Shown here: positions 22,843 through 37,213 of the stretch, in pieces
How positions within the stretch are numbered: position 1 is the first letter of the stretch
Layout of the letters: each line of letters opens with the position of its first letter
Position numbers and translations under genes: made by a program
Notes under the pieces: model-generated
The model's input: the letters and a program-made list of their open reading frames with translations, nothing else
Database searches by the model: none
Told to the model about the DNA's origin: nothing
From: Utricularia gibba
Lineage: Eukaryota > Plantae > Magnoliophyta
Direction: 5' to 3'
Assembly (NCBI GenBank): GCA_002189035.1
Contig: NEEC01000014.1
Coordinates: forward strand, 2,728,001 to 2,792,000
DNA length: 64,000 nucleotides

Positions 22843-25800
22843 TGATGGGGTATAAATCGGATTTTATTAATCGGTTACTGAAAAGGATGGCAAAAGGTGT
22901 CCTAACAGCTTGATGCAGGCCAACAGATCAATAATTGTCAGAGTTTGTTAGCGACGGTCATTTTGGACAGTCTAAAAATTGGTCGAATTACGACAATGAC
23001 AGAGCAAGCGGCAGTTATCTGAAAAGCAGGACCACAATACGTGCAATAGGTGTAGAAAGTAGCCGACATCTACAGAATTTAGAATTCGGTCAAACCTGCC
23101 TCATCTATAAATACAAGAAATCCTGTAGAAGAAAGGGTTTGACTCTAAGTCCTCCAACTTGTATTTTCTCGCCACCTCCATCTAGTGAAGATATTTTTCG
23201 GCGAGCTCCGACAGCTCCGTGGTTTTTCCATTCTCCAATGGTTTCCACGTAAAAATTATGTCTTCTCTAGTTTCTTTTAATTGCATCGCACCCCACACTA
23301 CATGTGAATCTAAATTGGGTACGACGCATCCGGCCGTACCCATAACCCAAAAATCGACTCCTGCCCTAATACCGATTTTCGACCACAACATTTTGGCACC
23401 CACCGTGAGGCAAGATCTATTGTTCCAGTTGAGAAACCCACATAAGCTACTCACTAAACGTTTATTATGGCGGAAAACAACACAGCCACCAACTCCGGCA
23501 ATAAAGGTAGCGTCGGCGTACAAGACCCTGGCCTCATGGTTATCAATAGGGAACAACTTAAAGCCCTCATGATGGAGATAGTTTCTGACATCAAGTCATC
23601 CTTGAGACTTAACTCCAACACGCGAGAGGGACACCCGAAACAGAACGACGAGCAGATACGCAACCCCTACTGTCGGAATATCTCCAGGACATGGAGATCG
23701 AATCCGAAATTGTGGAAGAAATATTGCAAAGGAAGAGGCACAACTAGGTCATCTATGAGCCGGGTATAGGGAGAGGAAGTACAGCAAGCGAAATTCTAGA
23801 AAAAATGGAAGAAGAGTTGAGGAGGGAACTAGATGAAATTCATGAGAAGAAAAGGTTGATTGGCAGATAGACACCACCCAGGGCAAGAGAGAGTAGAGGG
23901 TTCAAAGATGCCTTCGACTAGAATGTGTGCACCGAGAGAGGGGACGTCTTGCCCGATATCAATTTGACCCTGAAAAGCAATGTTGAAGGATTGGCTGGTA
24001 CCCCAACACGGCGCTTTGACCCCTTCTCATACGAGCTAATCGGGGAAGACCCCTTCAACATCGAGGCTCCGCCATCCATGGTGGCACTGTATTCCATTTG
24101 GTACGACCATCGAAAAGAGAGTCTTAGAAGGTTCATCGACCGATTCAACTGCTCAACGTAGGACGTTCAATTGGACTTGAAGGAGAGAGTAGAAATAATG
24201 AAGCGGGCTTTTAGAACATCAAAGCTAGGACAGAGTCTATCGAAGTCGCTGCCAAAGAAACTCGAGGAATTTCCGGGAAAGATCATGAAATATATTCTAG
24301 TCGACGACGATCTCAGAGCTAAGATGAAGAGCCACCTAAAAATCCAGCCGATCTCGTAGCAAGAAGAGAAGCCCAGTAGGGCTCCCCGGCCGAATAAGTG
24401 CCGCGAAGTGTATCAGGTGGAACGGACCAGAACGAATACCTACTGCGAGATACACAAAACCACAGGGCACGACATTGTCCACTGCCAAATAATGAAAAGA
24501 ATGATTGAGCAGTATCATGCTGGTGGCGGGATGAATGGTACGACACGAAACCCCGCAAGAGGGGTGGAACGCAAAAGAGGACGTGATGAACACCTGACGA
24601 ACGAAGGAAACTGGTATTGGAAATTCCCGCGGGCTGGCAGAAACATGAAACCTGAAAGAGGACAAGATAAATCGGAAGGTTCAAAGAATGCTAACCATGT
24701 GCAAGATAGTCCCCCTTACATTCGGGAAATCCATGTGGTATCTGGGGGGACCAAAATCGATGAATCTGGAAAAGCGGGGAAAAGTCTTCGTGATCGGAGA
24801 AAGAGCTGCTTGGGAAAAGGAAGAAGTCAACTTCTCTGAAAGAGACTTCCCCCTTGGCTCGAACGCACAGAACAAACCCTTGGTGGTGGTAGGAATATGC
24901 GGAAGCACTAAGGTAAGAAGGATCCTTATCGATCAGGGAACCTCTTGCAATATCATGAAGGAGGTGGCCGAATTACTTGCATCGTTCAAGGAGGGAGAAA
25001 TCCGCCCAATCCGCATGGAGTTATATGCTTTCGATCAACGGGCTGTTGATAAACAAAAAATTATGCAATGTCGTTAAATGCAAATTTCTCCTATCAAATA
25101 AATTTATAACCTAATACACCTTCAAGCATAAAACAATTATGAGCATAGTGATTAGGGTCGAACACGAAGAGCAGGTGCTTGCTATGTGAGTGTTAATGCA
25201 TGTAATCAGTGTCACGTTGGTAAAATTGGTCTAAGCTAGGAATAAAACAAAACTACGATGGAATGCAGTAAGGAAAAGTAACAAGTTTTGGGCTTCGGTA
25301 GTTTCTGGGATGGAATGGGTTTTAGGACTCCTAGGGGATGTATGCCTATCACTAAACAAGTTCACATAAATACAAAATCATACAACTAACTCACAAGATC
25401 TAGGTCTACACGGATTCTTGTTTTTCCCCATAATCTTTGGTCTATCTCTAATTAGGGTTTTTAAATTGGGTTTCGCTACCTCCCCCTCCTGGATCTATTC
25501 TGGTTTGTTAAGGAAGTAGTGTGACTCGTGATTTATTAGGTCTAAGGATGGATTAGCATATTTCTCCCCTCTTCACCCTAAGGCACCCCCTTCTAAGTGC
25601 TTAGCTATTCATGGTAATGGAAAGTAAAACATCTTCATAGCAGATACTAAGCAACATACTGACTACAAATGCTAAACAACAACGAGCAATATAAAGCAGA
25701 AGTAGGAAAGACACTTTGTTCACACAAGAAATCCAAATCTAGTTTTAGCTAGGAACAGTAAGCATCAAGAACTAAATTGAATCTTCAAAGAGAAGCTGTG

Positions 25801-27041
25801 TTCTTCTGGTTCATCGCTTCCTTTCCTCTTCTATCCTAGAAAAAGTCTCCAGAAACTTGTTTGTGAGTCTCTAAGGGGATATCTGCCTTCTCTCTCCAAC
25901 TTTTCCTCCTTTTGTCCAAAATCTCTTTTTTTTCCTCCTTGGATTTTGTGTGTACCACTTTTCAAGCTTTTGGACTCATCTTCTGCCACTACACTGTGCA
26001 TATTCGGCTCCTTGGGATTTGTGTTGCGACCTACATTACATTACTTGAACAAAACTATTTGAAGGTTGGGACTAAATCGCACTAAGACTAAAATAACACA
26101 ATTACGGTACTTATGCGCAAAAATACGAAACTAGGCAATAAAGCTTAATTTTTGTAGCACAAAATGAGTAAATTCTATGCATTGAGCCACTCAAAAATAT
26201 GTGTTATCAGCTGTGTAGACAGTCAGGAAAATAGTCCTACCTATGACATTTGGTACATCAGGTCAAAATCGGAGTAAGAGGCTGGAATTTCTGATACTAG
26301 ATTCGGAAGTCTTGTATAACATCATTCTCGGCCGACCAGGGATCAACCAATTCGGTATGATACCCTCAACTGTGCATCTGAAAATTAAGTTTCCAACACC
26401 AAGGGGCATTTGAATGCAGCATATTGACCAACCAACTGCCCGGTCCTATTATGTGTCTTCTTGCTGAGACTCTTGCGCGAAGAAATCGAGAATAATGATG
26501 GTGGAAAGGGAACATAGGGAGCCTTCCTAGCATGCAATGGAATCGGTAGGATACAAATAATTGCATTTGATACTAGGGGATATGTCGAAGACAACTCGCA
26601 TTGGCACCAACTTAGATGCCGGGTTTGAGAAAAGATTAGTGGAACTTTTGAAGAAAAATACTGGTATTTTTGTGTGGATAGCTGCAGATTTTGTAGGCAT
26701 CAACCGATCTGTAGCCGACATCTACATAATTCAAAATTCGGTCAAACCCGCCTCATCTATAAATACAAGAAATCCTGTAGAAGAAAGGGTTCGACTCTAA
26801 GTTCTCCAACTTGTATTTTCTCCCCACCTCCATTTAGTGAAGATATTTTCCGGTAAACTTCAACAGGTTTGTTGTTTTTCCATTCTCCGACGGTTTCCAC
26901 GTAAAAATTATGTTTCTACAGTTTCTTTTAATCGCATCGCACCCCACACTACACGTGAATCTAAATTAGGTATGACGCATCCGGTCGTACCCATAACCCG
27001 AAAATCGGCTCTCGCCCTAATACCGATTTTCGACCACAACA
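22843..27041 (+). mobile_element. Internally deleted Ty3/gypsy Tat-clade element (5' LTR 22843-23390; truncated 3' LTR 26711-27041)
   Basis: TSD TGTTT/TGTTG. PBS TGGCACCCACCGTG resembles the tRNA-Lys type. Gag has YCEIHKTTGHDIVHC; the protease has ILIDQGTSCNIM and YNIILGRP...STVHLKIKFPT. RT, RNase H and integrase are absent. Confidence 0.88.
25047..26209 (-). mobile_element. Solo LTR, Athila-like family A, 1163 bp, nested in the Tat protease
   Basis: TGATAA...TTATCA with perfect TSD GCTGT. Removing it restores the host reading frame (FDQRAV*TVRKIVLPMTFG). Confidence 0.92.
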
Positions 27042-28492
27042 TGTTGGTATGATCAACATTACTTTTAATCAAAATAAACAAGAAACATCACATATTAATA
27101 CTACTTTGATATTTAATTATGATAAGTTCAATGCAGAATTTTTTTAATCAAAAAAATAAACCCAATCTATTTTTTAACTTAGGGAAGAACAATATTAAAA
27201 AAATTATTTATCCAAAAATAAACAATCAAATGTCCTTTGATAATATTCAAAAATATAAATAGTGTTTTGGAAAATTTTTTAAACTTATTTTTACTTTTAA
27301 AATTATTTTAGAAAAATATAAATAATAAATAAAATTAACCGACCCCTTACTTTTCCAAAAATAAATTTTATAGTATAATTTTAAAAGTATTTTTCATAGA
27401 ATTAATTTTACAATTAAAAATATTCTAGAACAAAAATATTTCTATTTTTGAAAAGTAGAAATAGATTTTAAAAATTTTTCAAAATACTTATGTAATTTCA
27501 CTACAATTAATTATCTAGACATTGTTAATATTCGAAAATGAGGAATTATTTAATTTTATAAAAAATAAACCATGATTTTTTCTTAAAATAATTGTAATAA
27601 AAAGCATGCTCAATGTTGCTTAATATCATTATATGGTGCCCAAAAAGTGTTTGAGTATTATATATTATCACTAAGCGACCTTGAAATAAGTTTAGGGGAT
27701 GTTTATTAGCATTAAGTGATGCTCATGAACATCTTTTGAAACATTTTCAATTCAGAAAGGTGATATAGTTTCAACATTCGTAGGAAGATACACATGATTA
27801 GAAATCAAAATCAATAATATTTGAACATTTATTTCCCATAAGGATTTTATATTAATGTATAATATATACTACTTAATTACACGATTCATTACATCACTCT
27901 TTTGGTTATTTGGTTGATCGGCAGACTTAATGATGGAGTATTAAATGGTATATGCCATATGGAGACGAAATGGTCTGGAAAGAGATCTCATATGTATTAT
28001 GATAGTTTATATTAGGCAGACAAATTGACAAGGGTTAGAACTGAACAACGTCGGATGTTTTGGTAAAATGTGAAAAGTAGCATAATTGTAGGAATCTTAG
28101 AATAGTCGATGATTATTCATCAGCAAGACCACCAGGCACATAAAGCGATTGACATTGACAATATGTGATCAGAACCACCTCCATTATAAATAGGGAAACG
28201 TTTGAAGTAAGACGGATTAGACTCTCAACATACCATTTATAACCTTTCTTTCTTCTTATTTTAATGAAATCATTTCTTTGATGAGTTCTGTAGCTTTCCG
28301 TTCTAATGGTTTCCATGTAAAAATTTTGATCTTCGTTACTTCTTTCATCCCAATAGTAACCCACAAACCCGAAAACTATAAATCGGATATGAACAAAACT
28401 GGTTTCACAACCCAAAAATTAGTCATCTTGTGCACTTCCACATTCCTTAAAGAGGTGCAAAGGATCCTCATCTTACTGATTCATGTACTTCA

Positions 28493-28962
28493 TGTTAGAA
28501 TACGCAATACCACATCGAAAAATGAAAGTGGAATAATCAAGTATATAAGAAATTGACCTATCGGATCCTGAATTTCAACATGGTATCAGAGTGTTTGCCT
28601 TGCAGCACGATTTGGGTGGCCAAGACGGGTTTCTTATTGATCTGAGGTCCGGTTAAAAAAAAAAGAGATGCATTGGGCTTAGGCGACAAAAAAAATAGAT
28701 CGACGTATGACCTGAGCATTATCTACAATCATAAAAAAAAGGAGCAAGTCATCATCGGATCACAGACCAGTTCGACTTGAGGGCGGGTGTTAGAATACAC
28801 AATCCCACATCGGAAAATGAAAGTGAAATAATCAAGTATATAAGAAATTATGGATTACTAATAATTGGTTGGGCCTAATATTTTCTATTGTGATCCACGT
28901 TTCTTGTATACTTGGGCTTCATGTGCGTGCTCGCTCGACCCATCAGATCCTAAATTTCAACA
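28493..28962 (+). mobile_element. TRIM (terminal-repeat retrotransposon in miniature), 470 bp
   Basis: Direct repeats at 28493-28580 and 28788-28962 (TGTTAG...TTTCAACA), PBS TGGTATCAGAG at 28581, PPT GAGGGCGGG, a 207-bp non-coding interior, and perfect TSD CTTCA. Confidence 0.92.
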
Positions 28963-29818
28963 CTTCATTGATCACACACAAATTTGATTTTTGATATTGC
29001 AAAAGCTAAACTTACTCTTCCAATCAAACATATTTTTTGGGAAAGCAAGCATGCATATTTTTGTGAGTTGTATGGGGGCCAATTTAAGAGATGGTTATCT
29101 ATTTTCACTTAAATTTGAAAGATATTCATTACTAAAAATCTTTTGTACACTGGATTTAATATATATATTTAAAAAATTAAAATTTTATAAAATACACTGA
29201 AATATCATTGTATTTATAGAAATATTGCATTTCCTTTAACTGAATATTTTCTAAATCAACAATAATATCATTATTTTGCATATTTAACTATACATTATAA
29301 TACAAAGTTTTACAAAATATGCAATTTGCATCATTAAATTCTCAAATATGTTATGATCCCAAAAGGTGAATACTTAGTTGTTACGGTCAGCACATCATTT
29401 TAATTTTCAGTAAATGGCACTTTGTTATTGAGGCATATGCCTTGCGGGGAAGGTATTCCGATGAAAAGGGACATATACTGTGGAATAACTGAGACTACTC
29501 CAACTCCGTTTTGTTGCACATTGGACCTCATTGTACAAACTAATGAAGGTTGAGTAAATGATACCTGCAAAAGTCATCTTCCATACTAACCGATGACTCC
29601 AAAAGTTGAATTGTGCCCCTCGAAGGACGGTGACGTTTCGTGTTGTTATAGGCGTGTGGTTCTGGTTAGGGAAGCGGGGGAAATGACGAATACAGCCCCG
29701 ACCCCGGTCCCATTCTTCGAATGCCCAAAATTCAAAGCGGATGGCATGTTAGGAATTATATTCTTCTTTTGTAATGCATAAATTACACCCAATCGTGACA
29801 TGTTATAGGAATGGAAAT

Positions 29819-29838
29819 GATTGATTGATTGATTGATT
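29819..29838. repeat. (GATT)5 microsatellite upstream of CPN20
   Basis: Read directly from the sequence. Confidence 0.8.
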
Positions 29839-30220
29839 CCCATGAATTTGTGTGGTCTTCGGCCCGGCCCTTTTCTCCAACAGAAGAAATCAGCGATCAT
29901 TTTATTATGGGCCAAAAATACCTTAATGAGCTAGAAGGGGGATATTGCGGCCCATTAAATAGCCCTTTCGTAGCGTGCAGCCCAGTTGTACTTTCTGGAA
30001 GCATCTACGCCACCCTTTGCCAGAACTTTCTAGGGTACTATTATTTATCCGTTCGCGCAGTTACCGGCGGAGCTCGACAACTAAATTTCTGTTATTTTGA
30101 TTCACTGGCGCTCTACACTGCTCAGGTATGGCTGGTTCATCGCTCGCCTTTCCATGGCCGCTCTTTTTCTTTTTTATTTTCATTTTGGTCTCATTTTGGT
30201 GTTGTTTTTCTGGCAAGACA

Positions 30221-31608
30221 ATGGCTGCCTCCCAATTGACTGGTGTTGCTTCCTCAATTCCTGCATTGGGGTTTGCTTCGTTTGAGGGTCTGCGGGTCTC
30301 TGATGCAGTGAAGGCTTCATCTTTCTCACCTTTGAAGCGGGACGGGGTCTCATTGAGGCAATTCCGGTGCCTTGTTATCAAGGCCGCGACGACGGTTGCG
30401 CCTAAAGTGAGCTTTCATTTTCCTACTTCTCACTGTTGGCTGCATTCCAACTTTTTCCTCCCATATGGTTGATGAAATTCTTGTCAGAATCCCTGAGTTT
30501 TGGGTATAAATTTCTTGTATAGGCAGTAAATTCTGGAGTATATTGGATTTAGAAAGTAACATTTGTTGACGTGACTCTCTAAAATTCTGCATGATATCGG
30601 CAGTATACCTCATTGAAACCACTGGGCGATAGAGTTTTGGTGAAAATCCGGTCAGCTGAGGAGAAGACCGCAGGTGGTATCTTACTTCCGACAACTGCCC
30701 AGTCAAAACCTCAAGGTGGTGAGGTGGTGGCCATTGGGGAAGGTCGCACAGTTGGCAAAACGAAAGTGGATATTAGTTTGCAGGTATCAAGCGAACTATC
30801 TTGTAATGATCTTTCGTTGCTGCTCATTATTCTAAATTTACGGATATATGTAGAATGGTGCCCAAGTGGTATACTCAAAATATGCTGGAACTGAGGTGGA
30901 GTTCAATGGCTTGAGCCATTTAATTCTGAAGGAAGATGACGTCATTGGTATTCTGGAAACGGAGGATATAAAGGATCTGAAACCCCTGAACGACAGAGTG
31001 TTAATTAAGGTGTGGTCTTGTTTAATGTATCTTTTTACAAGCCCCTTCTTGCTTCAGCAAAGGAAATCTTAATGATATTCTGAAAGTGTTTTGCTTTGAA
31101 AGGGAGATGATATATTTAAATCCAGGTGCTAGTTTTTGTTTTGTTTTGATGTCGTAAAGATCCAAATGTGGTCGGTCATTGGTGAACTGTTAGAATCCTC
31201 TTAGCGTATTCTGTTGTGGGATAGCACAAGTTACGGTATTGAACCATGGCAGGTTACTGAGGCCGAGGAGAGAACAGCTGGTGGTTTGTACCTTACTGAA
31301 GCAAGCAAGGAGAAGCCTTCTATTGGTGCGGTATGCCTTGCTTCTTGTTGCCTTTGGAGAGCCATCCTAAGACGATGCTTTGTCAATTGCCTCCATGGCT
31401 TTCTATCTCACTCATTGAGTTATCCTCCCTTCAGGTTGTTGCTGTCGGCCCAGGACCCTTGGATGAGGACGGCAAGAGGAAGGCATTATCTGTGGCTCCC
31501 GGAAACACAGTTCTGTATTCCAAGTATGCCGGCAACGAATTCAAGGGGGCCGATGGATCAGACTACATTGTGCTGCGAGCATCCGATGTCATGGCAATAC
31601 TTGCCTAG
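30221..31608 (+). CDS. CPN20: Chloroplast 20-kDa co-chaperonin, 257 aa; exons 30221-30406, 30604-30783, 30854-31009, 31253-31330, 31435-31608
   Basis: Transit peptide followed by two tandem GroES domains ([11 protein letters not shown]...YSKYAGTE; [11 protein letters not shown]...YSKYAGNE). The frame is intact and all introns are GT-AG. Confidence 0.97.
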
Positions 31609-33181
31609 TTGTCGGTTGGGAGGCTGGAATTAGAGAGCAATGTTGGGGTCCGGCCGGATTTGAACAACCTCTGCAATGCTGCGGCTGGATTGTGCTACAG
31701 AGATGTAATGAACAACAACACTTAGCGGCTGTTTAGAGTTTTTATTGCTAAAGCCATCAAATTGTTGTAATAATCCTCAAGGAACCGTGATATTCCTTCT
31801 ACTGAGGGATGTACGTGGTGATAGGCCCCGTTATCGCATCCGTTTTAAAAAGATGGCCACTGATCGCATGAACGACATTCTCAAAATGTAAGGTGATATT
31901 TGAATCGTTGGACTTCTGTTTTTCTCCCTTCAATATAGGTAGAAAAAAGAAGGTAGAAGTTCTTCAATCAATCTTGGATGATTTGGTTGAGTTTTCCCCT
32001 TTCAATTATTCCTAATAACTTGGTATTATAGTAATCCACAATCCCACATATGGAGGAGGTATTGAATGTTATGAAAAAAATGCAACTACAAATGGATTAG
32101 TGGTTGGGAGATATGGAGATGTTTTAACAACTTAGAACACAATGCTATTGAATCTGCAAATAATAGCAGCAAGTCAACAATCGATGCATAGTTCAAAGAC
32201 AACATTGGAATCCACAAGAATGACCGTTAAGACAATGAAATTGGAAATTTTCAATGACATGTTCGATCCACTCGGATGTCCAAGGGTCAGTATGAATTCT
32301 TAATTATGACGCTTAGTTTAACTAATGCCCGAACTACCTTTCAAAACATCATGAATTATGTGTTTAAATCTTATTGATGGAAATTTGTGTTTGTCTTTAT
32401 TTGTGATATCTTGGTGTATAGCTCTAGCCTGGAAGAACATTTGTAACATACCTATTTAGTCTTCCAAAACCAATGGGAAAATCAACTCTTCATCAATGAC
32501 TCTAATGTCGATTAATGAAAAAAAGTTAGAAGCTATCACTAATTGGAAAGAGCCGAGTAACCTGAGAAAAATGAGGAGATTTTGGGATTCACTGGCATTG
32601 TAGGTGATTTATAACTCCTTTTAGTAGCATCTCATCCCCTCTAACAGCCATGCTCTAATGAGATAATTTTTATTGGAACCCAATTGCAACCCAATTGCAG
32701 AGAAGGTGTTTGACAACCTCAAATCATTGTTGACACAAGCTCCAATACTTGCATCCCGTAACTTCAACAAAACACTTGTGATGAGTGTGATGCATCTAAG
32801 CATGGAATAGGGGTTTTGTTACATGCGGAACAACAATGTATGCCTACTTTAGTAGGTTACTTGCAAACCTGCATCAATCCTTAGTCACATATGAGAAGGA
32901 ACTCATCATTTTGGTTTATGCAATCAAACAATAGAGAGGTTATTTATGTGGAAGAATGTTTAGCACAAAAACAGATCGCCAAAGTCTTCAATATTCATTG
33001 CAATAAAAGATCTATAATCTCTTCCAATAGGAATGGTTTACTAAGCTCATATAATAAGGGTTGTGAGAATATCGATGATGATGCTTTGTCATGGAGGTAC
33101 AATTAGGAAATGTATCTGATGGCTATTACAACACCACAGCTACTCTTATTTGATCAATTGAGGGAAGAAACATTAGCAAAC

Positions 33182-35855
33182 TGATAAACGAAAATTCCTA
33201 ATGTCGTTGCAAAAATAGAAATTTCGTATCAAATAAATTTAAAAGCCCTAATCTATACAAAATACAAATTAAGAAAACTTATATAGTGGATTTTGGGATC
33301 GATCACGAGAAGCTTGTGTTTGCTAGGTGTTTCAGCATATGAAAAATTCGGAATAATAGTGGTTTTAGTCTAAGCTCAAACTAATATAGGTAACCAAGTT
33401 CAGTTAACAGAATCAAGTCTCAACGCTGAAAGTAACAATTACTAGTTTTAACAAAGAGTAATACTAAGATGCCTTAAGGGTCTACAGGTAATGTGGTGCA
33501 AAAATGTCTAATTTAATTTACCATGTTCCTATACTCACAACTCTAAACAGTCTAAGTCTACCCAGGTTATTCATTATATTTTCAGCTAAGTTAGTCCTTA
33601 ATATCATCACCAACATTGTAATTAGGTCTACCCGCATGCAAAGTGCATAGAACTCGGTCTACTTGGTTCTACTGGTTCTTTCCTGGACTAATACCTACTA
33701 CGCCCGCCTTGATTTGTTGGTCTACCTCTAAACCAAATATCTTAGTTGTGAAACTACTTGTTCCCCTTCTTAGATCTATCCATGAATTGATAGAAATAAG
33801 AGCTAAGTAACAAACATAAATTTCTTTATTAATCCTAAGTACACACCACCATACTTCACCTTAAAGCATCCCTAAAGTTTTAGCTACTCATATATGAAAG
33901 ATAAAATATGATATCATTAAGATAAACTGAAGAGAATAGCAAAGACATTGTAAAACAACAGTCAAAGTAATGAAAAATCTAGCAAAATAAAGCTAGAGTG
34001 TTTTTGTTCGCGATCTGCTCTGTTCACTGCCCAAAAAAGTAGCGTAAAAGTCTTTTGATGCGTGTCGTTTCCACAACAAATTTTAATACTTTTAAAACTC
34101 GTAAAACACAAAAGCGTAGTACGGGTGTCGAACACAAGGAGTTGTTTTTGAGTGAAAGGTGAGGCACCCCGAATACAACTGTCACGATTTGTAAACGGTT
34201 TTGAAGGTAAAGGTGCGAGAAACGTTGATGATGAAGCTTGAGTAAGGGAATGAGAGGGATTTTGAACATACAATTAAAATGAACGTAAACGATGAATCTT
34301 AAATAAAGTAAATGTTCCTGGGTTTGGAATCCTGTCCAGCTATGTTCGTTGCGTCTTCACTCATCTCTAGTCCTCTCGAGTACTCGATTATAGGAGTAAG
34401 GAATTGTCTACCCTCCCTTACACTCTCTTGCAAGAAGGCACGGGAATAGCCCGATATTGCTCCTCCTTGGACGAACGTGAGAATAATAGGTCCTCCCAGC
34501 GTACCCTAACGGCCGAATTGCGCGCGTGTGCCCAAGTGTTGTCAATGACCCAATGAGTCCAGATACGAGGTCACTACCTGTCCATTGATCTTGAGGTACG
34601 ACTACAGACAAAACGTTGTCTTCCTCCTGCCAAAAGGGTTCGAGTTGGTGCTTTCCACCTTGCTCCTCTCCAAAATCCGCGGGTAGTGATCAACTAACCA
34701 TGAACCTTGAACAAGGGGACTGTTACAGAAAGACTGCAACATAGAAGCGCGAAGACATACGAAACCCGTTCGGATTCAGAGAAAATGTGAAGATAAGCTA
34801 ATGATGCATAGATCTGAGGGTGTTCCAACCCAGAAACGGAAGTTTCTAGCTACGAACGGCCATACAAACTAAAGGAAATGCAAACAAGGTTCTAGAGAGA
34901 AGTTAGAGGAAAATTCCTCTAGAGAGAGAAACAAAAAGGAAAACTAAACTTGTCTGAACTGAACTGAACTTCATTGAGAGTCTGAGCTTTCATGTCCCTA
35001 TGATTCTGCTGAACTTGGGATGACTTGCAAGCAACGTCTGACACTGGTACGCTAATGATGCCCCCCTGTCAGAGACTCCCGTGTTCCGCACGTCAAGGCT
35101 CATGATTAGGCGTCTGCAGTCTTCCAGAAATCAAGGGAATGTCAGCTCGGGAAGATCCAATTTGTCGCCATTTGATGCCCTCTTTCTCGCACTTCCTGCC
35201 ACGTGTGCGCCTCTAGAAAAACTCAATTAAAACTAGTAAAATTAATAGATAAAATACAAGATTTAGGATAATTACCCTAAACTAGATAAAAACTCAAATC
35301 TCACATTATAGACTTCTAATTAGACACTTCTAATCACATTTAAACATAAAAACAACCTAAGAAATAATAAGAAAATGACACTTAACATCTTTCATCTTCC
35401 TTCTCGAGAAATCGCCTTCATCTTCCTTCTTTCGTGTTCCTCCTGCCCTCTCCTAGGGTCTGGTCGTGTTCTCTTCCTTCTCCCTTTTCCCCAAAAATAT
35501 CTTCACATCTTTTTTCCATTTTTCAAAATCAGTCCACTATTCTGTACCATTCCTAGCCTAAACCTACAGACTGTAGGTGGCTGAATATTAATCATGTCTC
35601 ATTCTTGTGTCTTGTGCCCCTTCGAGTTGTGCTCATAAACTAGCTAAATGTGATCCACAATGTTGCTGCTAACACTTGAAAAAATATTAGAAATCATAAT
35701 ATATACTAAATCATTAATTTAGTCAATATTATGCATAAAAATACAAATAACACTACAATTAACAAAATATCAAAAATCATAGTTAAAATACATAATTTTA
35801 TCATTAAACATCTAAATTTCATAACCTAAAAACACTAATAAAATGTGTGTTATCA
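33182..35855 (-). mobile_element. Solo LTR, Athila-like family A, carrying a nested family-B LTR
   Basis: TGATAA...TTATCA with perfect TSD CAAAC. Its length without the nested piece is about 1.31 kb, matching the 1.32-kb copy at 12617. Confidence 0.9.
34028..35387 (-). mobile_element. Family-B LTR nested in the family-A solo LTR
   Basis: Homologous to 8655-9987. The left end is about 18 bp shorter and no TSD was recognised. Confidence 0.7.
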
Positions 35856-37213
35856 CAAACCCTGAACTACAAAAAAAGAGCAAACAACTTAAACCTAGAG
35901 GATTACTACAACCTTTAAGCATTTTTGAGCGCATATAGTCAGATATTTCTATGGATTTTGTAGGACTTCCCATATCTAAGATATGGAAGGTGATCCCGAT
36001 AGTGTTTGACTGTCTCTCCAAGTACTTCCTAGCTTTGTCACATCCCTATACAACATCCTTGGTAGCAAGAATTTTTTTCGTAGTGGTGGTCTAGTTGCAT
36101 GAAATACTTGAAACAATTCTGAGTGATTGTGACCCAACATTGACTAGCATGTTCTGCAAGGAACTCTTCAAGTTATCAGGTATTACATTGCATTTCACTA
36201 CCTCTCATCACCCATAGGCAGACGGGTAAACTGTTGAGGAGAATGGTTAGCATGGATCAAATATATTTAAAACACAAATGACCACACTTCAATTTGTATG
36301 ACTTCATTTGAATTGGTTTATGAATAAGGCCCCCTTCTAAAATTCAATATGATTTATAGGCATAAGTCGGGGTAGTGGATATGGAGTTATGAAATCAAGA
36401 TGAGGTGCTGAAACTCACTAAGGAACGACTGCACTCTAGTAAAAAAATCATGTCCAAATATTATAACCAGAAACATCATCCGATCTCTTATGTTGTGAAT
36501 GATTAAATATTGCTTGAGATACATATAACACATAGCATAACACATAGCACTAACACACATGAAATACTCAAAACTACACCCAAACTTTCTGAGCCCCTTT
36601 CGCATTCAACACAAAATTGGTGAACTTGCATATGAGATTGCATTACCCTGAATCATCCAAACCAAGTCTTCATCGATGATCATTACCAAGGTTGGTAACT
36701 TGCCTCCTCATGCTATCTTGGAAAGCAGGGGAAGAATTATCAAAAGCATATTGGAGTGTAATGAAACCCAAGGGGTGTGGCAATAATGATAATATCTTGA
36801 TTCCCATTGGGGATAGTGTGGACACCATGCACGGATCCAAGGAGACAACAATATTGCCAAGTAGCCCAGCAGAGCTAACAATACCTAATAGAGTATAGTA
36901 GATAAGTAGATAGGGTCACCTACAAGACATAGTATAAATTAGGTAGAAGAAACAAACAACCTAAAACTATAACGTAATTCTAGTTCTCTTTTGAAAGGAT
37001 GCTTTATCAACAAAGGCATTATCAAGCTATAAGGTGAGATTTGAATCACTAGATTTTTGTTTCTCTTCTTTCAAAAGATCAACAAATAGAGAGAAATTAA
37101 GGAAAAAAAGATTAGCACTGATACCATTTGATATAACCCTTCAAAAAAAAGTGATTGATAAATCAAATCTTTGGATTTCTAATAAATCAATACTTCAAGA
37201 AAAGAAAGTTGAC

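Larger units (their letters stand above)
32021..36780 (+). mobile_element. Heavily decayed Ty3/gypsy chromovirus-like remnant interrupted by a solo LTR (right end approximate)
   Basis: Degenerate PBS TGGTATTATAG, RT remnants (GQYEFLIM..SLTNA, DILVYSSSLEEHL), an RNase H remnant, integrase remnants (ISMDFV, KIGELAYEIALP) and a chromodomain-like tail. The frame EETLAN|PELQK continues across the 33182-35855 insertion. Confidence 0.8.

Noticed and set aside
27920-28110. Weak LINE-like or F-box-associated-like peptides
   Set aside because: The motifs are only a few residues long, differ between frames and are broken by stops.
29400-29915. Possible minus-strand gene fragment upstream of CPN20
   Set aside because: Joining the frames needs a 26-bp intron and read-through of a stop. 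I recognised no family.
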